A DNA stretch of 64,000 nucleotides from NCBI GenBank assembly GCA_035695825.1, contig DASRRH010000004.1, positions 24,515 to 88,514 of the forward strand. Reading direction: 5' to 3'. Made by a program: the position numbers and the translations under genes. Shown here one piece after another: positions 18,328-27,226 of the stretch (its first letter is position 1; every line of letters begins with the position of its first letter). The notes beneath the pieces are model-generated. The model saw nothing but the letters and a program-made list of their open reading frames with translations. It made no database searches and was not told where the DNA came from. This stretch comes from Planctomycetota bacterium (GTDB lineage Bacteria > Planctomycetota > UBA1135 > JAKEFM01).

Positions 18328-19388
18328 TGCTCCCGCGCGGCAGCGGCCGCCGCCATCCCGAGGCGGGCGCGGGAGAGGGGGTCCTCGATCAGGCGGCAGA
18401 TCGCATCGACCCATTCCTCGTGCGTGCGGGCGAGGAGGACCGTCTCCCCGTCCCGGAAGACGCGGAAGTTGAGCCCGACCGGCGAGCAGACGGCCGGCGT
18501 GCCAAGCGCCGCGTACTCGATCGCCTTGCGGGCCATCTTCCCGCGGTTGAACTCGCTCTCGACGAGGGGGAGGAGCCCGACGTCGAAGGAGCGCCCCTGC
18601 TGGACCTCACGTTCGTAGGACCAGGCCTCGCGCTCGACCGGGAGGCCGAAGTCGAACTCGGGGAAGGCGCCTCCGCCCCACACGATCTTCAGGCGCGCCT
18701 CGGGGTGGCGGCGCCCGACCTCCGCGAGGGCGGGTCCGAGCCACCGGAGGTTGTGGAAGTTGACCGCGAGCCCGACCCAGCCGAGGACGATCCCCGCGCG
18801 CCGATCCGACCGCTCGGGCACTGCGAAGAACTTGGGTTCCACGGCCGCCGGGAGGACGACCGCCCTTCGCGCGCGGGCCTGGGCGTACTCCTCGAGGAAG
18901 GGGCTGTCGTTCGTGACGACCGCGTTCGCCTCGCGCGCGAGCGACTCGATCGCCCGAACGCGCCGTCGGGACTGGGCCCGCGTCTCCTCCCGGTCGGAGA
19001 GCTTCGCGGTGAAGATCGCGTCGTCGAAATCGAAGACGAAGGGCTTCCGGAGGGCGCGGAGCGCGATGCGGTACGGCCGGGGGAGGACCGCCTTCTGGAG
19101 GTAGACGACGTCGGCCGCGGGGATCTCCGCGAGCAGGCGGAGCCGGTCGAAGGCGTGGCCGGCGCGCCACCCCGCCTCGATGGCGAGCCGGGGGGGGTAG
19201 TAGGCGATCCGCGGGAGCCGCTTCAGGCGGCGGACGGAATCGAGGAAGCGCTCGTAGCGGCGGGAGATCGCGTAGGGGAGGACGCGCGCGTCGATCCCCT
19301 CCGACCGCAACCGATCGACGTACTGGTAGACTCGGATGCGGCTGCTCGGAACCGAGCGAGTGCCGAGGGTCACGAAGAGGACGCGCAT
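18264..19388 (-). CDS. Glycosyltransferase, GT-B fold (GT1/GT4-like)
   Basis: ATG 19388 gives MRVLFVTLGTRS. GT-B C-terminal region ...GLLPLVESEFNRGKMARKAIEYAALGTPAVCSPVG. Its 3' end overlaps the convergent gene by 64 nt. Confidence 0.8.
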   Translation of the reverse strand: MRVLFVTLGTRSVPSSRIRVYQYVDRLRSEGIDARVLPYAISRRYERFLDSVRRLKRLPRIAYYPPRLAIEAGWRAGHAFDRLRLLAEIPAADVVYLQKAVLPRPYRIALRALRKPFVFDFDDAIFTAKLSDREETRAQSRRRVRAIESLAREANAVVTNDSPFLEEYAQARARRAVVLPAAVEPKFFAVPERSDRRAGIVLGWVGLAVNFHNLRWLGPALAEVGRRHPEARLKIVWGGGAFPEFDFGLPVEREAWSYEREVQQGRSFDVGLLPLVESEFNRGKMARKAIEYAALGTPAVCSPVGLNFRVFRDGETVLLARTHEEWVDAICRLIEDPLSRARLGMAAAAAAREHYSFERVAARLIDLLREIAGR

Positions 19389-19535
19389 GCGCCAGACCGC
19401 GGTCCGTGATGAAGGCCGCGAGGCGAGCCGATCCCGCGGCGGGCGCAGTCGCCTCCGTCCGGGCGGCGCCCGACTCGACTCCCTCTTCTCCGCGGCCCCG
19501 ACGGGCGGGACCCCCGCGGAGGCGGGGAAGATACC

Positions 19536-20318
19536 ATGAGCACCCCGCCCGTCGGGGAAGGGGCCGGGTGCGTTCTCCTCGGCGTGCGCCTCGAGGCGGT
19601 GTCCTTCTCTGAGGCCCTGGAGCGGATGGGGGCGTTCGCGGCGGGGAGCCGGCCGCGCACCGTCGTCACCGTGAACCTCGACTTCCTCGCCCGCGCGCGG
19701 CGGGATCCGCAGTTCCGGGACCTCCTCAATCGCGCCGACCTCCGCGTCGCCGACGGAATGCCCCTCGTGTGGGCCTCGCGCCTCCTCGGCCGCCCGCTCC
19801 CCGAGCGCGTCGCCGGGATCGACCTGTTCGAGGCGTTCGCGACGCGAGCCGCGGCGCGCGGATTCCGGATCTTCCTCCTCGGCGCCGCGCCGGGGGTCGC
19901 CGAGAGGGCGGCCGCGGCGCTGCGGGAGCGCAGCCCCGGACTGCAGGTGGCGGGAACCCATTCCCCCCCGATCGGCTTCGAAGGCTCTCCCTCGCACGAG
20001 GCCGAGGCCCTCCGCCTCGTCGAGGCCGCGCGACCGCACGCCCTCTTCACGGCGCTCTCGACGCCGCGCGGACAGCGCTGGATCGAGCGCCTGTCGCGGA
20101 CGGTCCCCGTCCCCCTCTCGGTCGAGGTGGGCGCCGCCTTCGACGTGGTGAGCGGCGGCGTGCGGCGCGCTCCCGCGCCGCTCCGGCGGGCGGGGCTCGA
20201 GTGGCTGGTCCGTCTCGCGCGAGAGCCCCGGCGTCTCGGGCGGCGCTACCTCGTCCGCGACCTCGCGGGCCTCGGCTTCCTCTTGGCGGACGCGTGGAAG
20301 CGGAGGGCGCGGACGTGA
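19536..20318 (+). CDS. WecB/TagA/CpsF-family glycosyltransferase (GT26)
   Basis: TVVTVNLDFLARA, ADLRVADGMPLVWASR and GFRIFLLGAAPGVAE are typical of GT26. Confidence 0.85.
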   Translation: MSTPPVGEGAGCVLLGVRLEAVSFSEALERMGAFAAGSRPRTVVTVNLDFLARARRDPQFRDLLNRADLRVADGMPLVWASRLLGRPLPERVAGIDLFEAFATRAAARGFRIFLLGAAPGVAERAAAALRERSPGLQVAGTHSPPIGFEGSPSHEAEALRLVEAARPHALFTALSTPRGQRWIERLSRTVPVPLSVEVGAAFDVVSGGVRRAPAPLRRAGLEWLVRLAREPRRLGRRYLVRDLAGLGFLLADAWKRRART

Positions 20319-21082
20319 CCGGCGAGGCTCCCGGGCCCGGCGAGCCGCGCGGCGTCTCGTTCCGGGGCGGCGCTCTCGACGGGAAGATCGTCGCGTCGCG
20401 GATCCTCCCCCCCTTCTTCCCGCTCCGCCCGCACGAGCGCGTGCTGAACCTCGGCTCCGGGGAAGGCCCGCAGGTCGTGGTCTATCAAGGCTCCTTCGGG
20501 AGCATGACGTGCGCGGATTACGACCTCGAACGGCTGCGGTTCGCCCGCCGGAGCCTCGGTCGGCGGGGCGTGACGGGAGCCGGGTTCCTGCGATGCGACG
20601 CGGCGGAGCTCCCGTTCGCGGCCGAGACCTTCGACGCCGCGCTCGTCCTCGATCTCCTCGAGCACCTCGCCCGTCCGGAGGCCGCCCTCGGCGAGCTCGC
20701 GCGGGTCCTGCGGAGCGGGGGGCGCCTCCTTGCCTCCTTCCCGCTCCTCTTCGATCTCTACGACCACGCGCTGGAGGCCGCCCTCCGGCTGCGCGCGCGA
20801 GTCCTGCGGCTCGAGCGGAGCCGTCCGCCGGTTCCGGCGTGGGACCGCCATCGGCCGGAGAGGCCCGTCCGCGAGTGGACGCGACTCCTCGAGCGCTCCG
20901 GGTTCCGGATCGAACGCATGCGAGCCTCGACGCTCTTCCCGCCGCTCCAGCTCCTCGGAGTCCGCCGATTCTGGATCGAGATCGGAGCGATCCGGCGCGT
21001 CGACGGCTGGCTCTCCTCTCTCCCCGGCGTCCGGCGACTCGGGCAGGCGATGCTCGTCTCGGCGACGAGGGCGCCCCTGTGA
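20315..21082 (+). CDS. Class I SAM-dependent methyltransferase
   Basis: GTG 20315 overlaps the upstream TGA (GTGA). Motif I VLNLGSGEG, then FDAALVLDLLEHL and LRSGGRLL. Confidence 0.75.
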   Translation: MTGEAPGPGEPRGVSFRGGALDGKIVASRILPPFFPLRPHERVLNLGSGEGPQVVVYQGSFGSMTCADYDLERLRFARRSLGRRGVTGAGFLRCDAAELPFAAETFDAALVLDLLEHLARPEAALGELARVLRSGGRLLASFPLLFDLYDHALEAALRLRARVLRLERSRPPVPAWDRHRPERPVREWTRLLERSGFRIERMRASTLFPPLQLLGVRRFWIEIGAIRRVDGWLSSLPGVRRLGQAMLVSATRAPL

Positions 21083-21134
21083 AGGATGCGTGAAGAGAAG
21101 GAGCAGGGGGAGGCCCGCGCGAAAGTCCCGTCTT

Positions 21135-21165
21135 GTGGAACGGGGAGGGCTCGGGTAGGTTCCAC
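21135..21165 (+). terminator. Candidate hairpin terminator after the methyltransferase gene
   Basis: GTGGAAC-N17-GTTCCAC inverted repeat followed by GTTCTGTCTCTCC. The loop is long and the T-tract is weak. Confidence 0.25.
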
Positions 21166-21317
21166 GTTCTGTCTCTCCTCGCGCTCGGATCCTCGCGGCA
21201 GCGGGAAGCCGAAGCGGAGCGAGGGATTCAAGGTGGGATTTGTCAGGGTCTCGGCTCGGCCCGCCGCAGAGAACCGGCGGACCGGTCGCTCTCCCCGTGT
21301 TCTCCGGGAGTGGTGGA

Positions 21318-23261
21318 ATGAAAACCGCATCGCCCGCCAGGGCCGCTTCGGTCGCGATCGCCCTGGCCGCGCTCTCGCCGGCCGTCCTCTCGCAGCTCGG
21401 CCCCACCGTCGACCTGGGCTCGCTCGGTTCGGGAGGCGTCGTCTTCGACGGGGCCATGGCCGGGGACGAGAGCGGCTGGAGCCTTTCGGGCGCCGGAGAC
21501 GTGAACGGCGACGGCGTCGACGACTTCCTCATCTCCGCGCGCCACGCCGTCGCGGACGCGGGCCGGGTCTACCTGATCTTCGGCGGCGGCCCGTTCGCCT
21601 CGCCCGTGAACCTGGCGAGCGTCGGGCTCACGGTCCCCGGCGTCGCCATCACAGGGGAGGTTCCCGGCGACCTCGCCGGTTGGACCCTGGGCGCCGCGGG
21701 AGACGTGAACGGCGACGGATTCGACGACATCCTGATCGGAGCGCCGAACGCCGACGCGAATCGCGGCCGCGCCTACCTCGTCTACGGAGGGCCCGCCCTG
21801 CCTCCGGCCATCCTCCTCCTCACGCTCGGGACGGCGGGCGTGACCTTCCTCGGCGCCGCGGCCGGAGACGAAGCCGGGTTCAGCGTCGCCGGGGCGGGGG
21901 ACGTGAACGAGGACGGTTTCGACGACGTGCTGATCGGCGCGCGGGCGGCCGATCCCGTCGGGCGGCCCGACGCGGGCCGCACGCATCTCGTCTTCGGGAG
22001 CACCGCGCTCCCCTCGACGATCCCCCTCCCGACGAGCGGCACGGCGGGGATCTTCGTGTTCGACGGGGCGGCCTCCGGCGACCTGTCGGGTTTCTCCGTC
22101 GACGGGGCCGGCGACGTGAACGGCGACGGCCATCCCGACGTCCTGATCGGCGCGCGCCACGCAGACCCCGGCGGTCTGACGAACGCCGGGCGCGCGTGCG
22201 TCGTGTTCGGGGGTCCCGGGTTGGCCCCGACGACCGACCTCGCGACGCTCGGAAGCGGGGGCGTCTGCATCGACGGCTGCGAGGCGGGCGACGTCCTCGG
22301 GTTCGCCGTGACGGGCGGAGCGGACGTGAACGGGGACGGATTCGCGGATCCGATCGTCGCCGCGCGGCAGGCGAATCCGAACGGCCTCAACGACGCGGGG
22401 GAGACCTACGTCCTCTACGGAGGTTCGTCCCTCCCGCAGGAGGTCGTCGGCTGCAACCTCGGCTGCCTTGGAGTCCGGATCCAGGGGGTTTCCGCCGGAG
22501 ACCAGTCCGGCTTCTCCGTCGCGGCGATCGACGACCTGAACCAGGACGGATACGACGACGTCCTCCTCGGCGCGCCCTTCGCCGCGCCGACCGGCCTCAC
22601 GTGGCAGGGGGAGTCGTACCTCGTCCACGGTTCCCCCGCGCTCCCGGCGGCCCTTCCGCTCGCCTCGCTTGGCCTCGGCGGCACCCGGTTCCGCGGCGCC
22701 GCTGCGAACGACCTCTCCGGCTACACGGTCGCCGCGGCGGGGGACGTGAACGGCGACGGGGTCCTCGACCTCCTGATCGGCGCGTTCCTTTCGAGCCCCG
22801 CCGGCGCCGCGAACGCGGGGCGGACCTTCCTCGTCCTGGGACAGGTCTTCTCCGGCGGGAGCGTCACGTCGTATGGCGTCGGGTGTCCGGGAACCGACGG
22901 GATCGTCCCGCAGCTCGGAGCTTCCGGCGGCGCCCCGGTCGTCGGGGACTCGGCGTTCCGGATCTGGCTGACGGACCTCCTTCCGGGGTCCGTGGCGTTT
23001 CTCTTCTTCGCGACCTCCCCGACCCTCGTCCCCTTGCCGGGAGGGTGCGAGCTCCTCGTCCAGTTCCCCGGACCGACGATCCTCGTCCGACTCATCGCCG
23101 TCTCGGGGGCGTGCGGGGCGTTCGACATCGGGATCCCCATTCCCCCGGACCCCGCGGTCGCGAACGCGTTCGTCTACCTCCAGGGAGGGGCGATCGACCC
23201 GAACGGCGCCTTCGGCCTCGTCTCCCTGAGCGCGGGTCTCGAGGTCCACGTCCGCCCCTGA
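21318..23261 (+). CDS. Secreted FG-GAP / integrin-alpha-like beta-propeller repeat protein with Cys-containing C-terminal domain
   Basis: Signal peptide MKTASPARAASVAIALAALSPAVLS. Seven or eight repeats of G(D/E)xxGxSVxGAGDVNGDGxDDxLIGA...GRxYLVFG. The last ~140 aa (YGVGCPGTDG...GGCELLV...) are a distinct domain. Confidence 0.85.
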   Translation: MKTASPARAASVAIALAALSPAVLSQLGPTVDLGSLGSGGVVFDGAMAGDESGWSLSGAGDVNGDGVDDFLISARHAVADAGRVYLIFGGGPFASPVNLASVGLTVPGVAITGEVPGDLAGWTLGAAGDVNGDGFDDILIGAPNADANRGRAYLVYGGPALPPAILLLTLGTAGVTFLGAAAGDEAGFSVAGAGDVNEDGFDDVLIGARAADPVGRPDAGRTHLVFGSTALPSTIPLPTSGTAGIFVFDGAASGDLSGFSVDGAGDVNGDGHPDVLIGARHADPGGLTNAGRACVVFGGPGLAPTTDLATLGSGGVCIDGCEAGDVLGFAVTGGADVNGDGFADPIVAARQANPNGLNDAGETYVLYGGSSLPQEVVGCNLGCLGVRIQGVSAGDQSGFSVAAIDDLNQDGYDDVLLGAPFAAPTGLTWQGESYLVHGSPALPAALPLASLGLGGTRFRGAAANDLSGYTVAAAGDVNGDGVLDLLIGAFLSSPAGAANAGRTFLVLGQVFSGGSVTSYGVGCPGTDGIVPQLGASGGAPVVGDSAFRIWLTDLLPGSVAFLFFATSPTLVPLPGGCELLVQFPGPTILVRLIAVSGACGAFDIGIPIPPDPAVANAFVYLQGGAIDPNGAFGLVSLSAGLEVHVRP

Positions 23262-23510
23262 CGGACCATGGGGGCGCCGCGGGAGCCCGAGAAGGGTCGC
23301 GCGGGCGGGTGGCATCTTTCCGTGAGCCGTATCGCGGGCTCGCGGGACACCCGCCGCGGGTCGGTTCGTAGGGTGGGTCCATCGAGCGGATCGGTCGCGG
23401 AGTCCCCGCCGCTTCGATCGCGAGTCCGTCGGGAGAATCGACGCCGGGAGAGGTTCCGGACCGCTCTCGGTCTGCCGGCACGTACGCCTCCGGACTTCTT
23501 CGAGGACCCG

Positions 23511-24932
23511 GTGGGTCTCAAGCGCGGGAGCGGAAGGCAGCACGTTCGCGCCTGGGCGCTCGCGTGCGCCGACGCGTTGGTTCTGCCGGCGGTGGCGACG
23601 ACCCTGCGGGCGGCGCGGGTCCCGGCCGGATGGGAGGAGGTCGCGACCCTCCCCTTCCTGCTCTTCGCCGCCCTGCTCGTCGCGGCGTGGCTCGGTCTCG
23701 TGTCGAGGCGGAGCCGAGGGCCGGCACCCGTCCACGAGAGCCTCCGGCGAGTGCTTTCCGAGCGGTACGCCCGTGCCCTGATCGCCCTCGCGCTCGCGAC
23801 GCTGGGCGCGGAGGTGCTCCTCGGGGGATTCCCCGGCCGGCTGTTCGCGGCCGTGGGGCTCGGCGGTCTGTTCGCCCTCCCGCTCGTCCATCTGCCGGCG
23901 CGTGCGCTCCTCCGCCGTCTCGGCCGGCGGGGGCTCGGCGCGCGCCGGACGCTCGTCCTCGGGAACAACGCGCGGGCGCTCGAGTTCGTCGAGCGGGTTC
24001 GGCGGGATCCCCGGCACGAGGTCCACCTCGTCGGCGCGCTCGACGCGGCGGACCCGCGGCGCGCCGGGGCGCCGTCCCTCGACGGGGTGCCGACGCTCGG
24101 GACCACCGACGACCTCCGCGAGGTCCTCGCGAGGCACGCCGTCGACGAAGTCGTCGTCTTCCTGCCGATGCGCTCGTTCTACGGTCTCGTCGAGGAGGCC
24201 CTCGACGTCTGCGCGACGGCGGGCGTCACGGTTCGCCTCCCGTCGGGAGCGTTCGAGGCGCGGGGCGCGAAACCCCATCTCTCCCACCTCGCGGACGCCC
24301 CCTTCGCGACCTACTCCTCCGGCCCGCGCAACGCCTGGGCGCTCGCGGCGAAGCGCGGGATCGACGTCTTCGGCTCCTCGCTCCTCCTCCTCGCGTTCTC
24401 GCCTCTCTCCCTCCTGATCGCGCTCGCGATCCGCCTGACTTCGAAGGGGCCGATCTTCCACGTCCAGACGCGCGCCGGGCTGCGGGGCCGGCCGTTCGGC
24501 ATGATCAAGTTCCGGACGATGGTCCCCGAGGCGGAAGCGATGCGGAAGCACCTCGAGGCCCACAACGAGGTCTCCGGCCCGGTCTTCAAGATGCGGAACG
24601 ACCCGCGCGTGACGCCGGTCGGGCGCTGGCTCCGCCGCTTCAGCCTCGACGAGCTGCCGCAGCTCTGGAACGTCCTGCGCGGGGAGATGAGCCTCGTGGG
24701 ACCTCGACCTCCGATCCCCGAGGAAGTGCGACGCTACGACTGGTGGCAGCGCCGGCGGCTCTCGATGCTGCCCGGGCTGACGTGTCTCTGGCAGGTGAGG
24801 GGCCGGAACGACGTCCCGTTCGAGCGCTGGATGGAGCTCGACCTCGAGTACATCGACCGCTGGTCCCTCCGCCTCGACCTGCTTCTCCTTTGCTGGACGA
24901 TTCCGGCCGTCCTCCGAGGCGGGGGCGTCTAG
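23511..24932 (+). CDS. Exopolysaccharide priming polyprenyl-phosphate glycosylphosphotransferase (WbaP/EpsB-type bacterial sugar transferase)
   Basis: KRGIDVFGSSLLLLAFSPLSLLIALAIRLTSKGPIFHVQTR, MIKFRTM, DPRVTPVGRWLRRFSLDELPQLWNVLRGEMSLVGPRP. N-terminal TM bundle plus a Rossmann-like middle. Start GTG 23511 is a guess within ORF 23268..24932. Confidence 0.85.
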   Translation: MGLKRGSGRQHVRAWALACADALVLPAVATTLRAARVPAGWEEVATLPFLLFAALLVAAWLGLVSRRSRGPAPVHESLRRVLSERYARALIALALATLGAEVLLGGFPGRLFAAVGLGGLFALPLVHLPARALLRRLGRRGLGARRTLVLGNNARALEFVERVRRDPRHEVHLVGALDAADPRRAGAPSLDGVPTLGTTDDLREVLARHAVDEVVVFLPMRSFYGLVEEALDVCATAGVTVRLPSGAFEARGAKPHLSHLADAPFATYSSGPRNAWALAAKRGIDVFGSSLLLLAFSPLSLLIALAIRLTSKGPIFHVQTRAGLRGRPFGMIKFRTMVPEAEAMRKHLEAHNEVSGPVFKMRNDPRVTPVGRWLRRFSLDELPQLWNVLRGEMSLVGPRPPIPEEVRRYDWWQRRRLSMLPGLTCLWQVRGRNDVPFERWMELDLEYIDRWSLRLDLLLLCWTIPAVLRGGGV

Positions 24933-24957
24933 GATCGAGTCCGCCCGCCCGCCTCGC

Positions 24958-26073
24958 GTGAGGTCGCGTTTCCGGCGCGCGGTCGTCGTCGCGGTCGCGG
25001 CGCTCGGAGCGCTCGGAGCCGCCGAAGCGGTCGCGAGGCTCCTCGGGGAGCCCTCCGGACCCGCGCCCCCGAAGCCCCCGCAGATCGAGGGGCCGCGGAT
25101 CCGGACCCCCGACCCCGATCTCGGCTGGCGACTCCTCCCCTCCCTCGTCACGACGCACCGCTGCGTCGATTACGCGGTCACCTACCGCACGAACGCCCAG
25201 GGAGCGCGCGCTTCCCGCGACTACGCGGCGGCGCGCGCCCCGGGGCGCACGCGCGTCCTCGTCTACGGGGATTCCTTCGTCTTCGGGGTCGGCGTCGACG
25301 AGGAGCAGCGCTTCACCGACCTCCTCGCGGCTTCGCGTCCCGATCTCGAGGTCCTGAATCTCGGGGTCTCCGGGTACGGGACCGATCAGGCGCTGCTCCG
25401 GCTCGAGCGCGAGGGCGCGGCCTACGCGCCCGATCTCGTCCTCCTCGGTCACCTAATGGAGCACGCCTCGCGCAACCTCGCCTTCGAGCATCGCGCCCCG
25501 AGCGGCGCGCCGGGCGAGGTCCGCGTCGACCCCAAGCCCCGGTTCCTGCTCGGCCCCGAGGGCCTGCGGCTCGCGAACACCCCCGTCCCCCCTCCCCGGA
25601 CGGAGCAGGCGACCGCCGCGCCCCCGTCTCCGTCGTGGCTCCGTCGGCTCCGGCTTTTCTCTCTGGCCGCCGACCGGTGGAGCGCCTTCGAGCGGCGACG
25701 CCATCCGTTCCCCGAGTGGGAGGCGGGGGCGGAAGGACGGGCGTTGACCGAGGCGATCGTGGAGCGGTTCGCCGCGTCCGTCCGAGCGATCCGCGCCGAA
25801 CCGCTCGTCGTCGTGCTGGGCGACCGGACCTACCTCGACGGGCGGTTCGCCTCGCTCGCCGATCGAAGACCGGTGGGCCGCTTCGTCGAGTTCTGCCGGT
25901 CGCGGAGCATTCCCGTCGTCGATCTCCTCCCCGCCTTCGACGCCGCGGCGGGGGACGGAAAGGACCCCCTCTTCTTCCCGTGGGACGGACACTGGACCGC
26001 GAGGGCGCATCGGATCGCGGCGGAGGCGCTCGCGCGATGCATCGAGGAGCGGCGCCCGGTCGCGTCGCGGTGA
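24958..26073 (+). CDS. SGNH-like hydrolase/acyl-esterase, membrane-anchored (paralog 3 of 4)
   Basis: GTG start, anchor AVVVAVAALGALGAA. Motifs VYGDSFVFG, LGVSGYG, WDGHWT. Confidence 0.65.
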   Translation: MRSRFRRAVVVAVAALGALGAAEAVARLLGEPSGPAPPKPPQIEGPRIRTPDPDLGWRLLPSLVTTHRCVDYAVTYRTNAQGARASRDYAAARAPGRTRVLVYGDSFVFGVGVDEEQRFTDLLAASRPDLEVLNLGVSGYGTDQALLRLEREGAAYAPDLVLLGHLMEHASRNLAFEHRAPSGAPGEVRVDPKPRFLLGPEGLRLANTPVPPPRTEQATAAPPSPSWLRRLRLFSLAADRWSAFERRRHPFPEWEAGAEGRALTEAIVERFAASVRAIRAEPLVVVLGDRTYLDGRFASLADRRPVGRFVEFCRSRSIPVVDLLPAFDAAAGDGKDPLFFPWDGHWTARAHRIAAEALARCIEERRPVASR

Positions 26074-27071
26074 CGTCGGGCCCGAGCCCGAACGCCGAGC
26101 CGACGCGCAGGGGGCGTCGCCTCGCCCTCCTCCTCGGTGGGACGCTCCTCGCCCTCGCCCTCCTCGAGGTCCTCGCGCGCGCCCTCTCCTCCCACCCTCG
26201 GCTCCTCTTCGAGCCCGATCCGTCGGTCATCTGGCGTCTGGCGCCCGGACGCACCGGCGTTCCTCGGCCCGGACTTCCGCCCGCCACGGTCGACGCCGAA
26301 GGCTGGCGGCGGGGAGGGGAGGTCTCCGCCGGCGCGGAGGTCCGCGTCGTCGTGGCGGGAGACTCGGTGACGTTCGGGTGGGGCGTGGCGGACGGCGAGG
26401 CCTATCCGGCGCTCCTCGAGAGGACCTGGAGCGCGGGGGGCGCGGGGACACCCCTCCGCGTCCTCAACGCCGGCGTCCCCGGCTACGCCGTCTGGCAGGT
26501 GCTCAAGGTGCTCGACCGCGAGACGGACGCGCGGCGCCCCCGGGGGGCGGTCCTCGCGCTCACGACCGACGACTTCTATCGCTCTGGTGACCCGGGGGAG
26601 GCGGAACGCCGCTCCGCGGCGCGGCGGATCCGCTGGACGAACCTCGCGAAGCGGAGCGAGGTTCTCGGGTTCGTCCGGGAACGCCTCCTCGACCCGCTCC
26701 TCCGCACGTTTCGCGTGCGGCGGTGGACGATGGAGTCGCGCGCGAAGGTGCCGTTCGAGACCGTCTGGGGATCCCAGGCAGGCGCCATCTCCGAGGCGCT
26801 CGATCGCGTCCGGGCAAGGGGAACGATCCCGGTCCTCGCCGCGCTTCCCGAGCGAAGGATCGAGGAGGATCCCGGGGACCTCGCCGCGCGGCTCGGAGAG
26901 CTGGCGTCCGCGAAAGGCGTCGGCTTCGCGAACCTCTACCCGCGGATGCGGCGCGAGGGGCGGACGATCGAGGCGTACTTCCTCGAGGTGGACGGGCACC
27001 CGACGCCCCTGGGGCACGTCGTGATCGCGGAGGCGATCGGAGCGGCGCTCGAGGAGGCGGGCGTTCGGTGA
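26070..27071 (+). CDS. SGNH/GDSL-family hydrolase, membrane-anchored (paralog 4 of 4)
   Basis: GTG 26070 overlaps the upstream TGA (GTGA). Anchor LALLLGGTLLALALL. Motifs VVAGDSVTFGWG, NAGVPGY, VDGHPT. Confidence 0.7.
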   Translation: MTSGPSPNAEPTRRGRRLALLLGGTLLALALLEVLARALSSHPRLLFEPDPSVIWRLAPGRTGVPRPGLPPATVDAEGWRRGGEVSAGAEVRVVVAGDSVTFGWGVADGEAYPALLERTWSAGGAGTPLRVLNAGVPGYAVWQVLKVLDRETDARRPRGAVLALTTDDFYRSGDPGEAERRSAARRIRWTNLAKRSEVLGFVRERLLDPLLRTFRVRRWTMESRAKVPFETVWGSQAGAISEALDRVRARGTIPVLAALPERRIEEDPGDLAARLGELASAKGVGFANLYPRMRREGRTIEAYFLEVDGHPTPLGHVVIAEAIGAALEEAGVR

Positions 27072-27226
27072 TCCGGCCGGCGAGCGGCTCGGCGGCGCAG
27101 GCGCGGAGCGCCGGCTCCCGATAGAGATCGGATCATGTTTCGGGAGAATCGGCGGCGCACCGTCTCGCTCCCGCGATGGTCGGAGGACGGGCGATCCGCC
27201 GGGGACGCCTCCTCCCCCGACCCCCC

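Noticed and set aside
27176-27226. Track start 27176 for the Wzy-like gene and track start 61220 for the CBM9/DUF5916 gene.
   Set aside because: The extra N-terminal residues are Arg/Gly-rich and non-hydrophobic. Downstream ATGs (27227, 61400) begin the recognisable protein. These starts remain uncertain.
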